Source of the DNA: Mizuhopecten yessoensis
Taxonomy: Eukaryota
Assembly (NCBI RefSeq): GCF_002113885.1
Contig: NW_018480066.1
Coordinates: 351,090-415,089 of the forward strand
Length of the DNA stretch: 64,000 nucleotides
Direction of reading: 5' to 3'
Of this stretch, positions 37,555 through 52,500 are shown one piece after another. Made by a program: the position numbers and the translations under genes. Numbering within the stretch: the first letter of the stretch is position 1; each line of letters begins with the position of its first letter. The notes under the pieces were generated by a model. The model saw only the letters and a program-made list of their open reading frames with translations, was not told the DNA's origin and ran no database searches.

Positions 37555-40500
37555 ATGAGTTCAGGCGTATCATGTCTTCAGGCAACGAAAAATGCAGCAG
37601 GTTGGTATACTTAAAGATAGTGTTGTATGAATATATTGACAGAGATCTTTATATAAACGAATTATGTTTAATATATCGATTTGTATCGGTTTATAACATG
37701 TTATTCTCCCTTTTACACAAATTATGTATACCAAAACCTCCATTTTGTTTTTGTTGTCGCCTTGGCAACTGTTTGTTAAGCCGACCGATACCCCCCCTTT
37801 TTCCGACCTAACCAAACTTCATATAGCGCTTCCTTCATCAAAAGTGTTTGTTAAGATTTTGTATACTCACGCCTCATGACCTGCAACAATATAGAAGTTT
37901 CTCATTTGGGACTGCTTTCAGATCCGAGGGTCTAAATCTATCCGAGGGTCAGAGGTCAAATTCAAATCTGATTAATCTATTTTGCCACTTAACTTGATAT
38001 TATTTAAAAACAAACACATTTTTTCAGATATGTTATGACCTGCTACATATATTTGTAGTTACTCTTAAAATAACTTAGACGTGTCATACCACGTGTTTTG
38101 TTTGTTTGCATTAATTGACATTCTCTTATACAATAAGGCATGGCCACCAGTATGCGCCAGAAAAGATCTATACGTGTATTTCACATAAATTATTCAGAGA
38201 AGAGCAACAAAATAGCACGTAGTTTATTGGTAACTGTAATTTTTATTTAAAACTTGTTTTTCTTACTTTCCCACTCTCTCTGGCATGATTTACCGCATAT
38301 TTATTACAAACACCATTACATGCTACATGTATAACCCATTCGTACATATAAGTGATTATACACAAACAGAATATTTGAATTATTTGTGCATTATGATAAA
38401 CTTAACATGATTGTACAGAGAATCAGTCCTGATCGCATAGTTGATAATGACATTGGTTGGAGTAGACAAATCCTCAGCTAAATTAATATAAGTACCAACA
38501 TATAGTACCATGTAATAGTTAATTTAGTGTCAAATGGAGTATATGCACTATCAGACTTTGAAACAGTCTCCATTTCTAGAGAAATGAATTTAACTTGCCT
38601 TTGGTGAGTTATATTAATGCATATATTTTTATATTACAATAAAAAAAATCAAGATCAAATTCCCTTTCACAATTTGTTTATAAATATATAGTTTCACAAT
38701 CACCACAGTAAGATTATGTTTATTGAATGGTTTACCTTATTTCCTAAATAAGATATATTATATCTCTTTTAAAGGAAATTTAGATTGATATCAAAGACAG
38801 TTTGGGCAAATATCCAATTTTCAAGTGATTACTTAAGAGCATGTTCACATTCATAAAACTTGAGTAAGAGAGTTCCATGTACTTGTTTACACAAGGTACA
38901 CAGCGAATTATTTAGTACATTAATTGGGTAAGAGAGTTCCATGTACTTGTTTACACAAGTTACACAGCGAATTATTTAGTACATTAATTGAGTAAGAGAG
39001 TTCATGTACTTGTTTACACAAGGTACACAGCGATTTTTTTAGTACATTAATTGAGTAAGAGAGTTCCATGTATTTGCTTACACAAGGTACACAGCGGATT
39101 ATTTAGTACATTAATTGAGTAAGAGAGTTTCATGTACTTGCTTACACAAGGTACACAGCGAATTTTTTAGTACATTAATTGAGTAAGAGAGTTTCATGTA
39201 CTTGCTTACACAAGGTACACAGCGAATTATTTAGTACATTATTTGAGTAAGAGAGTTTCATGTACTTGTTTACACAAGGTACACAGCGAATTATTTAGTA
39301 CATTAAGTGAGTAAGAAAACTATTGGTTTCCTGTATTCTGTGTGTAAGTCTGTACTAAAACAATATGAGTGTTACCTCAGTTGTTGTTCTAAAAACTTAT
39401 GTATTGAGCAATGTATCTGCATAGTAGCCCCGTTTTCTTCTGTTTATATATCTTGTGTTAAATGTTCTTTTAGAAATAACGATATCATATCTCTAGAATA
39501 TGTTGTGTGTCAGTGGCCATATATGTGTAGGGGAGCTTCTCAAACCATTAAATAGTGTGCATAGTTGGGAGAAATCATCGTTTCAGCAGACATCTTCCTA
39601 TGAATAACGAAAATTTCTTACATTACAGACCATATCTGATTAACACTTTGATAGAATACTGGAGAGTTATCTACCTTGACTTGTGTTTCAAACCACAATG
39701 ATAGTGTCAGTTAAGTTTTTGTTTCTCAATGTATTCAGTATAAGTTACTAAAGCCTCCTTCAAAAAGGGTTTTTCATATTTCCGATATAGCTTTATTAGT
39801 ATAATAGTTGTCTACGAGGACTACGTACTGACACCTGTCTGCAAATATCTATCTCCGCCAAGGATAACACAGACAAAATATCATCGTGTGCTAAGTGAAA
39901 CACGGAGTAACCTATCTACAAAGCGGTACCGGTATTTATGTTCACCACAGGTGTTTGTAAAATTGTCACATTTAAATGACAATTTTCTGATAGTTGTGAT
40001 CTTTAAAAACAATTCAGCTGTTGAATATTAACCAATGTATCATAAGGGAGATAACACTCGCGAGGTACATATCACTGTAAGTTCAGCATAGCTACACAAC
40101 CATCAATATTTGTCAATATTACGTTAATGTTGACTAATGTACCTACTCATAAAATATTGCGACAGGACCATTGGTACTGTCCTTTCGTTTGTGATAGAAA
40201 ATGACACTAAATTATAAATGAAAATAATATCAGACCAGTTCAGACATTACACTATTTAACAGCTGTTCATGGAAAAATGTATTGTCACCGGGTGCTCAGT
40301 TTTTAACATCAAAACTCGGACAAGTTGTTTATGTATATATCTTTTTGTTACTGGCTCCGAGAAACCTACATTACAGGACAATACAATAAATGCATTTACC
40401 CTCTCATATACATATAATAAATACTACACAACTTCCGCGCCGACCGAGGTACCGGACCTCTGAATACAAACCGCTATAACTATATTAATTCAAATAACTA

Positions 40501-43500
40501 AATGTTACAATCACGCGATAGATATTACATTAGTACGGTTATACATACCGGGTATGATGTTCCTAGTATAGCCTGCTAATACATGCTGGCGGCAATATGT
40601 ATTCACGCCCTCTATATAGTCAATATATCAACGCCTCTATCAGTCAATCTGGAGTACAGATCCGTCTCTCACGAGTCGGATTGTAAGAATGACCACTGGG
40701 CAGTAAGTATTTACCCAGTAGCCAGAATAAAGTGGCGGGTATACAGAGTGCTTTATTCGTGCAAGGGGCAGGTCCAAGGTCTACGTCGTAAGTACAATTC
40801 AGTCAGAATGTTACAACACAGGTACATGCATTCGGAACTGATGACGTCACATACACTGTTTACCAGACGGGACAACACACGTGTATACAGACAGTTAACA
40901 GCACTCGTTGTAATATATAGATGCATAACCTCCATTAGGATACAGTGTTATATGGGAATTTACCGTCTATATTACTTCTCTGACCTATATATATATATAA
41001 ACCATATATATACCTGGGTTACATACTCCCCTGCTGGGTGAAAATGTGTCCCACATTTGTTATTACCTTAAAATAACTAGGACTAAAAATATTTTAAAGC
41101 GAAATTTAGTCCTATCGCCTTGTCACAGCTACATAAGTCTGTATCATGTACTAAACCATGAAATTCATGCAGCGTTTTATACTAAATCAATTAAAACCTG
41201 CAGTAATTATCTGTATAAAAATATGTAATACAAATGCGTTTATTCTTTAAACGTTCGTTTTTGTATTGTAGCCACGAACAGCGGAGTGTCAACCTATACC
41301 ACACAACAGCCCACACTTGCGGCCTTTCTGGTGGGAGATTCGATTGGATTCGTTCCAAAGCCATGGCCGAAAGCGAAATTCAAAGAAGCTCTAGTGGACA
41401 CTCTCAAGGATTTTGGAAGTATTTTACAGATTTTACATTGGCTCAAAACCTAGATTGAAATTATAAAAGAATAATAAGGATGAAAAATATATACATTACT
41501 GATGAGATTCTCATGATGTTCTTTACTTTCTGTATTTTGTATCATAAGATCTTTCCTTTAGTTGGTGATAATCGCACATTTAAATTATAGATGTATGGAG
41601 ACTACCCAAAAAACTCGAATACAAGTCATTATTAGTGAAAGGTTCTTGAGGTCGAATTCAGCTTAACAAAGTCCTAGAGCGTCAGTGATATCCAGACAAG
41701 TTTCCAAAAATATCTCAAATGTGCCCGAGTGGCGAAAACGTCATTCTAATGAGGCCCGCATCATGTTTTAATTTTAACATTTTAGTATTTCTCTAAGATT
41801 CTATCCAACGAAATCATTATAATTATGCCGATGACAATGACACGAAATATGATGTAAAAGGAATGAACATGACACCGAACGTCTCGCTTAGCAAAGAATA
41901 TCAGATGAGTTATCGAGGGAGTTGTCTACTCTTATATTTTAGAATCATATGAAGTTTTTTGTTTCGGAATTTCTTTCCGTTTTGTTGTATACAGTTTTTT
42001 ATGTTTTGACAATGTCTTTTAAATCCCACTTAGATCCTTGGGTTTTCTGTGAATGCATAAATCCACCAAACCCTGAAAAGAAAACGAATGACCAAAGGTG
42101 GTTGACGGTCACCAAGCTGGCTATGGACGCCAGAAAGGAGTTTAGGCAAATGCTGAAACCGAGCGAAGAACATACAAACGTAGACGAGAACAAGGGAAAG
42201 AAACCAGGAGACAAATGGGACCTAGCGAAGTCTGAAGACGACCCGAACACGTTCTGCTTGATAGGAATTAAGGTGAAGTGTATGTGTAAAATAAGTGTAT
42301 TATTCTAGTAACATATACTTTATGATTTGTTTATCAATAAGCTGAAATGACTTGGACGCGAAAGTCGATCTTTGATGTCGTATCTATGCTTTGTTAATGC
42401 AACACTCGACCGCTGATATAATCTAATAATATTTTATGACTCGTTCCGTCGAATCATTCATGCAATTCATTTCAAACATCTCGAATAAATGTGACACACT
42501 TAACTCAAATTCATATATAAAGATCTAAAGATTTTACAGTAACACTATTGGGAATTAGAGCAGTGCCAGGTGATCCACAGGCCTTATACTTCTAACAGTC
42601 TGTCCGATCATTTTTTAAACGGATCAGCGGTTAGTATCCCTTCATAAAGCAACCCTCCATAAAAACTATTAGAACAAATCGTCGAAACAAACTGACGAGG
42701 ATATGTAAGAAACAAAGCCTGATGATAACGACAATCACACATACCAGGTGTGACAAACTGACGAGGGTATGTAAGAAACAACATCTGATGATAACGACAA
42801 TCACACCTACCAGGTGTTACAAACTGACGAGGGTATGTAAGAAACAACATCTGATGATAACGACAATCACACCTACCAGGTGTTACAAACTGACGAGGGT
42901 ATGTAAGAAACAACATCTGATGATAACGACAATCACACCTACCAGGTGTTACAAACTGACGAGGGTATGTAAGAAACAACATCTGATGATAACGACAATC
43001 ACACCTACCAGGTGTTACAAACTGACGAGGGTATGTAAGAAACAACATCTGATGATAACGACAATCACACCTACCAGGTGTTACAAACTGACGAGGGTAT
43101 GTAAGAAACAACATCTGATGATAACGACAATCACACCTACCAGGTGTTACAAACTGACGAGGGTATGTAAGAAACAACATCTGATGATAACGACAATCAC
43201 ACCTACCAGGTGTTACAAACTGACGAGGGTATGTAAGAAACAACATCTGATGATAACGACAATCACACCTACCAGGTGTTACAAACTGACGAGGGTATGT
43301 AAGAAACAACATCTGATGATAACGACAATCACACCTACCAGGTGTTACAAACTGACGAGGGTATGTAAGAAACAACATCTGATGATAACGACAATCACAC
43401 CTACCAGGTGTTACAAACTGACGAGGGTATGTAAGAAACAACATCTGATGATAACGACAATCACACCTACCAGGTGTTACAAACTGACGAGGGTATGTAA

Positions 43501-46500
43501 GAAACAACATCTGATGATAACGACAATCACACCTACCAGGTGTTACAAACTGACGAGGGTATGTAAGAAACAACATCTGATGATAACGACAATCACACCT
43601 ACCAGGTGTTACAAACTGACGAGGGTATGTAAGAAACAACATCTGATGATAACGACAATCACACCTACCAGGTGTTACAAACTGACGAGGGTATGTAAGA
43701 AACAACATCTGATGATAACGACAATCACACCTACCAGGTGTTACAAACTAACGAGGGTATGTAAGAAACAACATCTGATGATAACGACAATCACACACAC
43801 CAGGTGTTTTTAACGTAACCAACTCACCAAACCAAGCCCATGTATTTGTTTACAAGTTTACATGCTTATAGGTTTATATTATAAATACACATATATTCAA
43901 TAGTTTACCTACACAGTTATATATCATGAAAGGAACATTAAGAATAATGCTAATATAATTTGAAACAGTATATTCGTGATTATAAAATTGCAAAGTTAGA
44001 TTATGAACGTAAACATGTTTTATTTGTTAAGGTTTTGTATTTCACACCTATGGACCAGTACCTGTATCTAACATCTGACCATACGCAGCATTTCCTATGA
44101 TAAATGCAGTGACAACTCACGAAAACGACAAAGGAGCATATATTCGTATCTAACTTTTTTTCAAATAGGATTATTAACATTTCAAAATTTCATTTTCCTT
44201 CATCGATATGGGAAAAAAATGATCAAAAATTGATTTGCTTTTCAGGAAAAAGAAGAAGGGAAAAAGATAATGATTCCTGAAAAGGTAAAACAGCTTCTAG
44301 ATGAAAAAGAAAAGATCCAGTTGAACAATGTTTCTGAAACAATGCTCTTCTTAGAGGAAAAATTGTCTGCAATTATGATTACGCCACTGAAATTGAATAA
44401 AAATTCAGGAAAACAATTCAGTAAGTATGAACATCTTTGTTTATATCACAATATTGGAAATTGTGGTTAAAACTGCAATATGTAGGGTTGTATATTATTA
44501 TCACGGAACAATATTATCTGTGTATCAGGTGAGGCTAGACAGACCGAAATTATATAGTCACTCATCATCAAATATTATGTTACTGTAGTTTTGTTTGATA
44601 ACTAAATATAAAAAAAAACTGCCCAGTGAACGGCAGAAACATTTATATATATCACCGCCCACGTGTGAATACAAATTGTAACCATCGGAATATGACTTCC
44701 GAAAGTATATTGTAAATTATTCCCCTGTTTTGTACTATTATTTGAGGTTGTCTCTCGATCGGGCTCTGCTCTCTGTCATTGTAGAGTCAATAGGTTATTT
44801 CATTAAGAAAATCACAAAATATGATCGTTTATGAACTCAGTATTATATGGCTCTTTCCGTCGTGAAGTTGTTCTGTCGTTTATACTTCGGTAAAGCAAAT
44901 AGTGTCTCCGACACTTCGACAACTCTAATTCCATAAAATACATATTTACTGATGATGCTTAACTTCTATACAGTAAAAGAGGCCATGTTACGACGGTGTT
45001 AATTGGCGACAAAAAAACTAATTGTATAATATCATAGTTCTACTTTATACACAAACAATGTACGTATTAAACGTGTCAACACGTTTTAAGACCGACTGGT
45101 CCCTTTGTCAAGCTATGAGTGAGTGAGCGATTTGTATTGTTTGCCTGTGCAACTGTAGCACCCTGTTGAATTAAGTGTCTATTTCATGTTTTTTCTTAAA
45201 TATTGATTATGTGGATTTGATAGAAAATAAGTACTTTACTCCATGAGATTTGTTTAAGTGAGTAACCTATTCCGTTTGTGCATCTGCATCACGTGCCCTG
45301 TACTTTCGTTTTCAGGATACCTGTTACTAGGACCTGTATTATGCACATTGTATATGTGATGTCATGTGTAAGGTCTGACCACTTCGGAAATGAATGCGCA
45401 ATGCGTTGCTTCTTTTCTGTCTCGTCTTTCTCCCCCTTCTCTCCCTTGCTTTCTTCACTTTGGCACCTACATTTACGATGGTATTGGAAAGCCTGAAATC
45501 TATATATGATCGATGGCTACTTGACTCGATTGGTAAACTCGGTAAGTGATTAAAAGGATCCTCAGCACCACATGCATGGTTGTCATTTACAGAATAAACA
45601 TATAATTAATCTAATAGTATTGGGTAGATTATTATTTCAGACTTAACGTAAATTCCTCTGTCTAAATTAGTCGGGAGTAGAAATAAAATAAAAATTATAT
45701 TCTATACCAAGGTTGTCTTTTATCTAGAAGTCGTAGAATTGTGTTCTTATCTTTTTAAATATTCGATTTTCGCGTCATGTTTTGTTTAAAATTACTGTGC
45801 GGTGTGTTCGATAGCAATTTGTCTAACATGTGTCTGTATTGTAAAATAAGTATTTGTATATCATTTTAGGGATTTAAATGTAATAAACCACAAGAAACAT
45901 CAAAGGGATTGTCGAGTGATTTGTGCAAGAAAGACCCCCGATTCCACACAAGGATACGACTTAATTGTAAAGTTCATATGTCACTCGACATTGGACGTTT
46001 CGCCTATAGAAAATAGAGTTCACACACATTTAAACAAATATGTGACTGGTATGGTGTATGAGTCATTCAGATGACGATACAGGGATGCAGTGTGTAAACA
46101 CTCTATCTCGTCACATAGTTTTCAAGTTCTTTATTTGTCCCCAAACGGTTCCCGAGGGGGAAGGGCTAATGGTTTGCACTCCGTCCGCCCGTCCGTCCGT
46201 CTGTCCGTCCGTCCTTTCTTACGTCCTTCCGTCCAAGAAGTTTGTCAGGGACATATCTTCTATACTATTTCACTATGGGTAACCTAACAGATTAAGTTCA
46301 ATTTGACCTCACTGTGACCGATTCTTTGACCTTTGCCTTTGAAAACTTCTTTATTTCTTTAATGAGGATTGCATACAGCCCGGAGACTAATAGATGCTTT
46401 CCTCTTTAGAGTGCAAGATGTTGGTCTGTTTGACCTATGACTTGACCTTAACTTTTGAAAAAGTTTGTCCGGGGCATATCTTCTGTACTATTTCTCCTGA

Positions 46501-49500
46501 AGTAACAAGATTTGGTGTACACGGACATTTTGGGATGGCAGAGGTCAGAGTGCACAAATTAAGTCACAGTGATCTATGACTTAACATTTAATCTTTACTT
46601 TTGAGAAAGATTTCCTGGGCATATCTTATGTACTACTTCACCTGGAGTAATCAGATTTGGTGAACAAAGACATCTTGGTATGGCAGAGTGCAGAGTGCAA
46701 AAAGAAGGTCACTATGACCTCACTGTGACCTATGCTTTGACCTTTGACCTAAGCGTTTGAAAAAGTTCATCCGGGACATATCTTCTATAGTATTTCACCT
46801 AGAGTTACCAATTTTGGTGGAAAAGGACATCTTGGAATGGCAGAGTACATGGTTTAGGTCACAGTGACCTATGACTTGACCTTTGACCTTTATTTTTGAA
46901 ACAGTTTGTCTGGGAAATATCTTCTACAAAAACATCTCGGGATATCGGAGTCACCAGGTTTGGTGTACAAAAACATATCGGGATATCGGAGTCACCAGGT
47001 TTGGGGTACAAAAACATCTCGGGATATCGGAGTCACCAGGTTTGGTGTACAAAAACATCTCGGGATATCGGAGTACAAGAAGTAGGTCACTATATATCCT
47101 CACTGTGACCGATGCTTCCTGACATAATTGATTTGTTTAGTAGATATCATTACCGGTGGGGAACTATGGATTGCCTTGCCTTGTTACATATACATACACC
47201 AAAAGTGCAATATTTACCGTGCAAAATACAAAATAACATTACACAACATTACACACACTCATAACACAATTACAAAAAGAAACGGTTCCATATATTTGGA
47301 GAGTGCAACTGAGCTATTTATAATAATTGTTTTTTTCTCGAATTTGCATATTTTATATATTTCCCTAATATTCTTTTGTTTTTTTCACACTCAGTAGTAG
47401 TCTTATCAATTTGCTTGGCTTATTAATGTTATAAGTTTCAAATAATTTGCTCGCAAATCAAAATAACATGGGTATTTAAGAATAAAATAAAACTCAACTT
47501 CAACATCATCTAAATTACAAACTCGACAATTCAGCCCTCTTTCTACATTTAAGTTATGGGAAGATAATCAATTTTTTTGTAATTTCTTTCAGATAATCTT
47601 TTTGTATGGGTTGGTATTCGTTGTACATGCAAGCAATACAAATCGCTCACTCAGTCATAGCTTGACAAAGGGACCAGTTGGTCTTTAAACGATGCGACAC
47701 GTTCAATACGAACATTGTTCGAGTATAATGTAAAAATGTGGCACTACATTTTTCCAAGCTGATTATTCAGATTGAAGAAAATATTTCTTGTTTACAACCA
47801 TACTGAAATATTATACTAGGCTTAAGGTAATATACTATCCCACAGTCACTTGTCACGTACATTATAACACGTGTACACGATGTGTGAACCCTAAATACCG
47901 GACAACATTCCTCGATGTTTACCAATCACATGATCCATTTATAAAGATAACAGACTTATCAGAGGTGCTCATGAAGTGTCTGAAAACAGAGAGATAAAGG
48001 TGATTAAACGGAGGCAATTGATGTTGTTTACTCAGTGTACGCTATGTTCCTCTAAGCAGAGGTGGTAAACGACCAGACTTACGGTATTTTGTGTTTGGTA
48101 TGTTTAGTCTTACTATCACCGTTTGACCTGCAACGTTTACAATTATGTTGAAAAGTTAAGAGTAATATATAACATAGAAATCAAATAGTTTTGTCTATTG
48201 CCAGTAATAAAATATCATTCTACGTAATTATAACTGTTCAAATTTTCCTGATTAGAAATGAAATTACCAACCATTGTTGTGGTGGTTGAGGGTGACCTTG
48301 ACACAATTAACCACGTGGCCAGAGCTGTAGAGAACAACATTCCAGTACTGTTGGTGCGGGGATCTGGAATGGCCGCGGATCTGATTGGATACTGTTTGGA
48401 GTAAGATTTGCTATATCTGTGACACCTGTATTTTTGTATTTTTAAGTGGTAATTGTATCAATAATAGAATAAACGAGGTTGGAGACTTACGTTAATGAAG
48501 GTTTTATAAATGTCATATCGCTCAATTGTTATTCTTAATTAAAGCTCAGTTTTGATGCTAGGTCTGCGGAAAGGTTGGTTACACAGGTCAAAGCAATTTC
48601 TAAACATTTCACTAGAAATCTTTAAGGAGTGTTGGACACAAGCTTTAACCTTATATATTCCAAACAAATCCTCAAAGAGTAGGAAACGTTCAACTCATAT
48701 CCGTATAAGCTGATTTAACTCCATCGAATCGGGGAACTATTCCGTATCATGGTATACTCCCATTTTGGAGAGCTAATTAGCTAAACGGATGAAAAATGAT
48801 TTTTAAAACACTAACAAAACTAAGAAACGTTTGATTGATTTGTAGAGATGATGTCGCTCTGAAGACTCGTGCACCGTTGCTGTTCGGGATTTGTTTCACC
48901 AAGGAAAACTTCAAATCGTTAGAAAATGATATAGAGACCATCAAGAACAATAGAAGCAAGGTAAATCAAACTGCATATCCTGGTTTTGACATAAACAGGC
49001 TAACGATTGATCATATGAAAACATATTACAAATGTGTGTTTATATTGCCTCCGTAACGAAGACGCAGCAGGCCATGATCAAAAGATCAGAGTATCGTGAC
49101 ATTTAAATTTGCTTTCATTACATGTTGAGCTATGACATTTCTTCACCGGATTGAAAATTGTTCACATTTATACAACATCATCAATCATTTTTTAAGATAT
49201 ACAGGGCATTAGCCAACACTAACAACATTTGGATATACACGCAATTTGTCAGGAAGTTAAAATCTCGGAGTACGGCATAACTTTTTATGATAAATATGTT
49301 TTTACGAATCGTTGTTAAGGTTTCAACGAATTTTCTTAATCTAACATTATCATTTATTATGAAAAACAGTTGTTTGGGTTGTCTTAAAAACATTCATTGA
49401 TGTGTGTTTCCTATTTTTATTTTTAGAGTCCGGATATTTTAGTTTGGTTTTGAATGTTGTGTGCGGCGGACTATTGATACCCTATCCCTTTCCTCGCATT

Positions 49501-52500
49501 TTAGGTTTCTGAGTTTAACATACATACTGAAAGTACAACGTCTTTGAAAGACAAAGTGACAGAGAGTATTATTAGAACATGGGCAATGTCTCATGTTGAA
49601 GGAGGGGCTACGGCAGCAGTTTTCGACGAGTACCGGCCTGATATAAACCCTATAGCCGTGACCAATGGTGATGATGAGTCTTAAATCTTTGCAATTTTAT
49701 TTCGAGAGGTAAAACAATGAAACTTAAGTATATGTCTGTCAGTTATGGTAATCACAATTACATGTATCTTGAAGATATTTCATTAAAATGATTACAAGAT
49801 ACATAACTTAGACAGTTTAAATTAATTGACATATAATTTAGAGTGACTGTTGAGTAATCTGTTGCAGTTACATACACTTTTCCTGATATATATTTTATAT
49901 TACTTTAGATGTTCCGCCGCCAGCAGAGTATACAACCGCACCCAACAACATGACACGGCGGACTAGTAGGATTGTGCCAATATCTGAGCAGGCTGTCCGC
50001 CCTTCTAGTCAAACCGAAGAGGATCACATACAGAAAGAGTTAAAACCGTCACCAATAGCACTATACTTATTGTACCAGATGCTCCAAACTAGCCAAACAA
50101 CTGTCATTGGCGACGGTGCGGTGAGTAGATACAATATTTAAATATATCCCAATTAAAAAACTACACCGTGACCTGAACCACACTTCATGTGAATTATATC
50201 AAATCCAAAAACGTCGCTACTCGCCAGTGACATTTGAATAGTAACAGGTGACTTAATAGAATACATATTCCTGGAGAAGGCTATGTTACGATATTGTGTA
50301 TCCGTGGTGAGAACAACTTGCACATCTTGCAGCACAGGGATAAAGCATGGCTTCTAACACTTTGTTACATATGAAACGTGTTCCTCCATCATACATACAT
50401 GTATATAACGTACGTGTAACTAATAAAACTTTATCTTTGTTTTAAGTTTGGCCGAGATCTTCTACTATACGCTCTAAAGGAGAACCTGTACGATATCACT
50501 GAAGTCCTGGTAGACAAAGGAGTGACACTCGAATTTTCACAAGCCAAAGATTTATATCAACAGGTAAGATATATCTCCCGGGTGACACACACAGTAGTAT
50601 GTGATTATATATTATGATAAAAACACAAAATATTGAAATACTGATAGGTATACTTGTTAATGTACTTCACACTTTGTCTCCTAATCCCTGTTCCGTATTG
50701 ATGTGAGGGGGATGATATGCTTTTTTTTACTTATCGTTCTTTTTATTTAAGGATATATGAATTAACTTAATATATCTAACTGTGAATTGAGGACCAGGTA
50801 AATAACATGTCTTTAATAACAGTTGCGATGATTCAGTATATTAAGATCGAAGAACTGGTGTACGGCGAGCCCTCAATATAATATTTAAAAAATATTTAGA
50901 CTTATTTAAATATATAGCTCAAATGTGTTAATACTGGTTATTTTTGTCATAAACAAAATCATCAGATACATTTTTTAATGCACATACTAGAAACCGCTGG
51001 TGATTTTTAAAAAAGTATTTTTGATTATTCCTCCTGTGAACTTCATCCTTTCGATACATAGAGTAAAAAAAAACATTTGCTTAATTTGCATGATAAATGT
51101 ACAATAATTAAGTGCGTTTTATTATCTTAGTACCAGTATTTTAGTCTCAAACATGATTTAATTTCCTATTTTGCAGCTATACGACGAAAGAAAGGAGAAA
51201 AGCCAGGTAAAATACTATCTCTAATTCTTTTATGATAAGACAAATGTTTACAGGAATGATGTTTTCTTCTTGTTCACGTTCACTAATGGGAACGACGAGC
51301 GTTCAAAACATCATTGTACATAGTTCTCATGATGCAACATCGTAGCGCAACCGATAATACGTCGTAGCTAAATGTACATACTCATTCATTTTACCTATAC
51401 AGCTTCAATTATATGTATTGAACACTTCAGATGATACATTGTAGCTATACCGGTTACACATTGTAGCTATAGATGGCCCTCTGGTATATTGCATCTTGAC
51501 CGCTTATACATTTTAGCAAAACCGCTCATACACTGTAGATATATCGCTTTTAAATTCTTGCACTAAAGCTAATTGTAGCTATACCGCAGATAATGTATAG
51601 CTATCCCGCTGATATATTGTAGCTATACAGCAGATATATTATAGCTATACCGCTGATACATTGTTACTTTACCGCGTATACAGTGTGGCTATACCGCTGA
51701 CATATTGTAGCTTTACAGCAGATACATTATAGTTATACCGCGTATACAGTGTAGCTATACCGCTGACTTATTGTAACTTTACCCCTGATACATTGTAGCT
51801 ATACCACAGATATATTGTAGCTATACCGATGACATACATGTATTGTAGCTTTTCCGTCAACACAGTATTACTACATCGCTGATATAGTGTAGCCTTTCCG
51901 CTAATACATTAAAGCTATACCCCTTATATATTGTAGCAATACCGCTGATACAATGTATAGCTATACCGCTGATTCATAGAAGCTATACCGCGGATCAATT
52001 ATAGCTACACTGCTGATATATTGTAGCTATACCGCTGATACAATAAAGCTATACTGCTGATATATTGTAGCTATACTGCTGATACATTGAAGCTACACTG
52101 CTGATAAATTGTACATTATAGCTAAACGCTGACATATTGTAGCTTTTTCGCCAACACATTATTACTAAACCGTTGATATAGTGTAGCTTTTCCGCTGATA
52201 CATTAAAGCTATACCGCTGATATATTGTAGCTATACCGCTAATATATTATAGCTATACCGCTGATATATTTTAGCTATACCGTTGCTATATTGTAACTAT
52301 ACCGCTGATATGTTACATTGTATAACTATACCACTGATACATAGAAGCTGCACTGCTGCTACATTATGGCTCTTATCACTGATTACATTGTAGCTATTGC
52401 CATTGATATAGTTAAGCTATCCTGCTGATTACGATATAGCTATTTCCCTGATATATTGTAGGTAAACAGCTGATATATTGTAGCTATTCCGCTAATATAT

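Noticed and set aside
42608-43813. 363/366-aa repetitive ORFs on both strands (also 8815-9321)
   Set aside because: Artefact of a 60-bp intronic tandem repeat with length divisible by 3; no domain signal.
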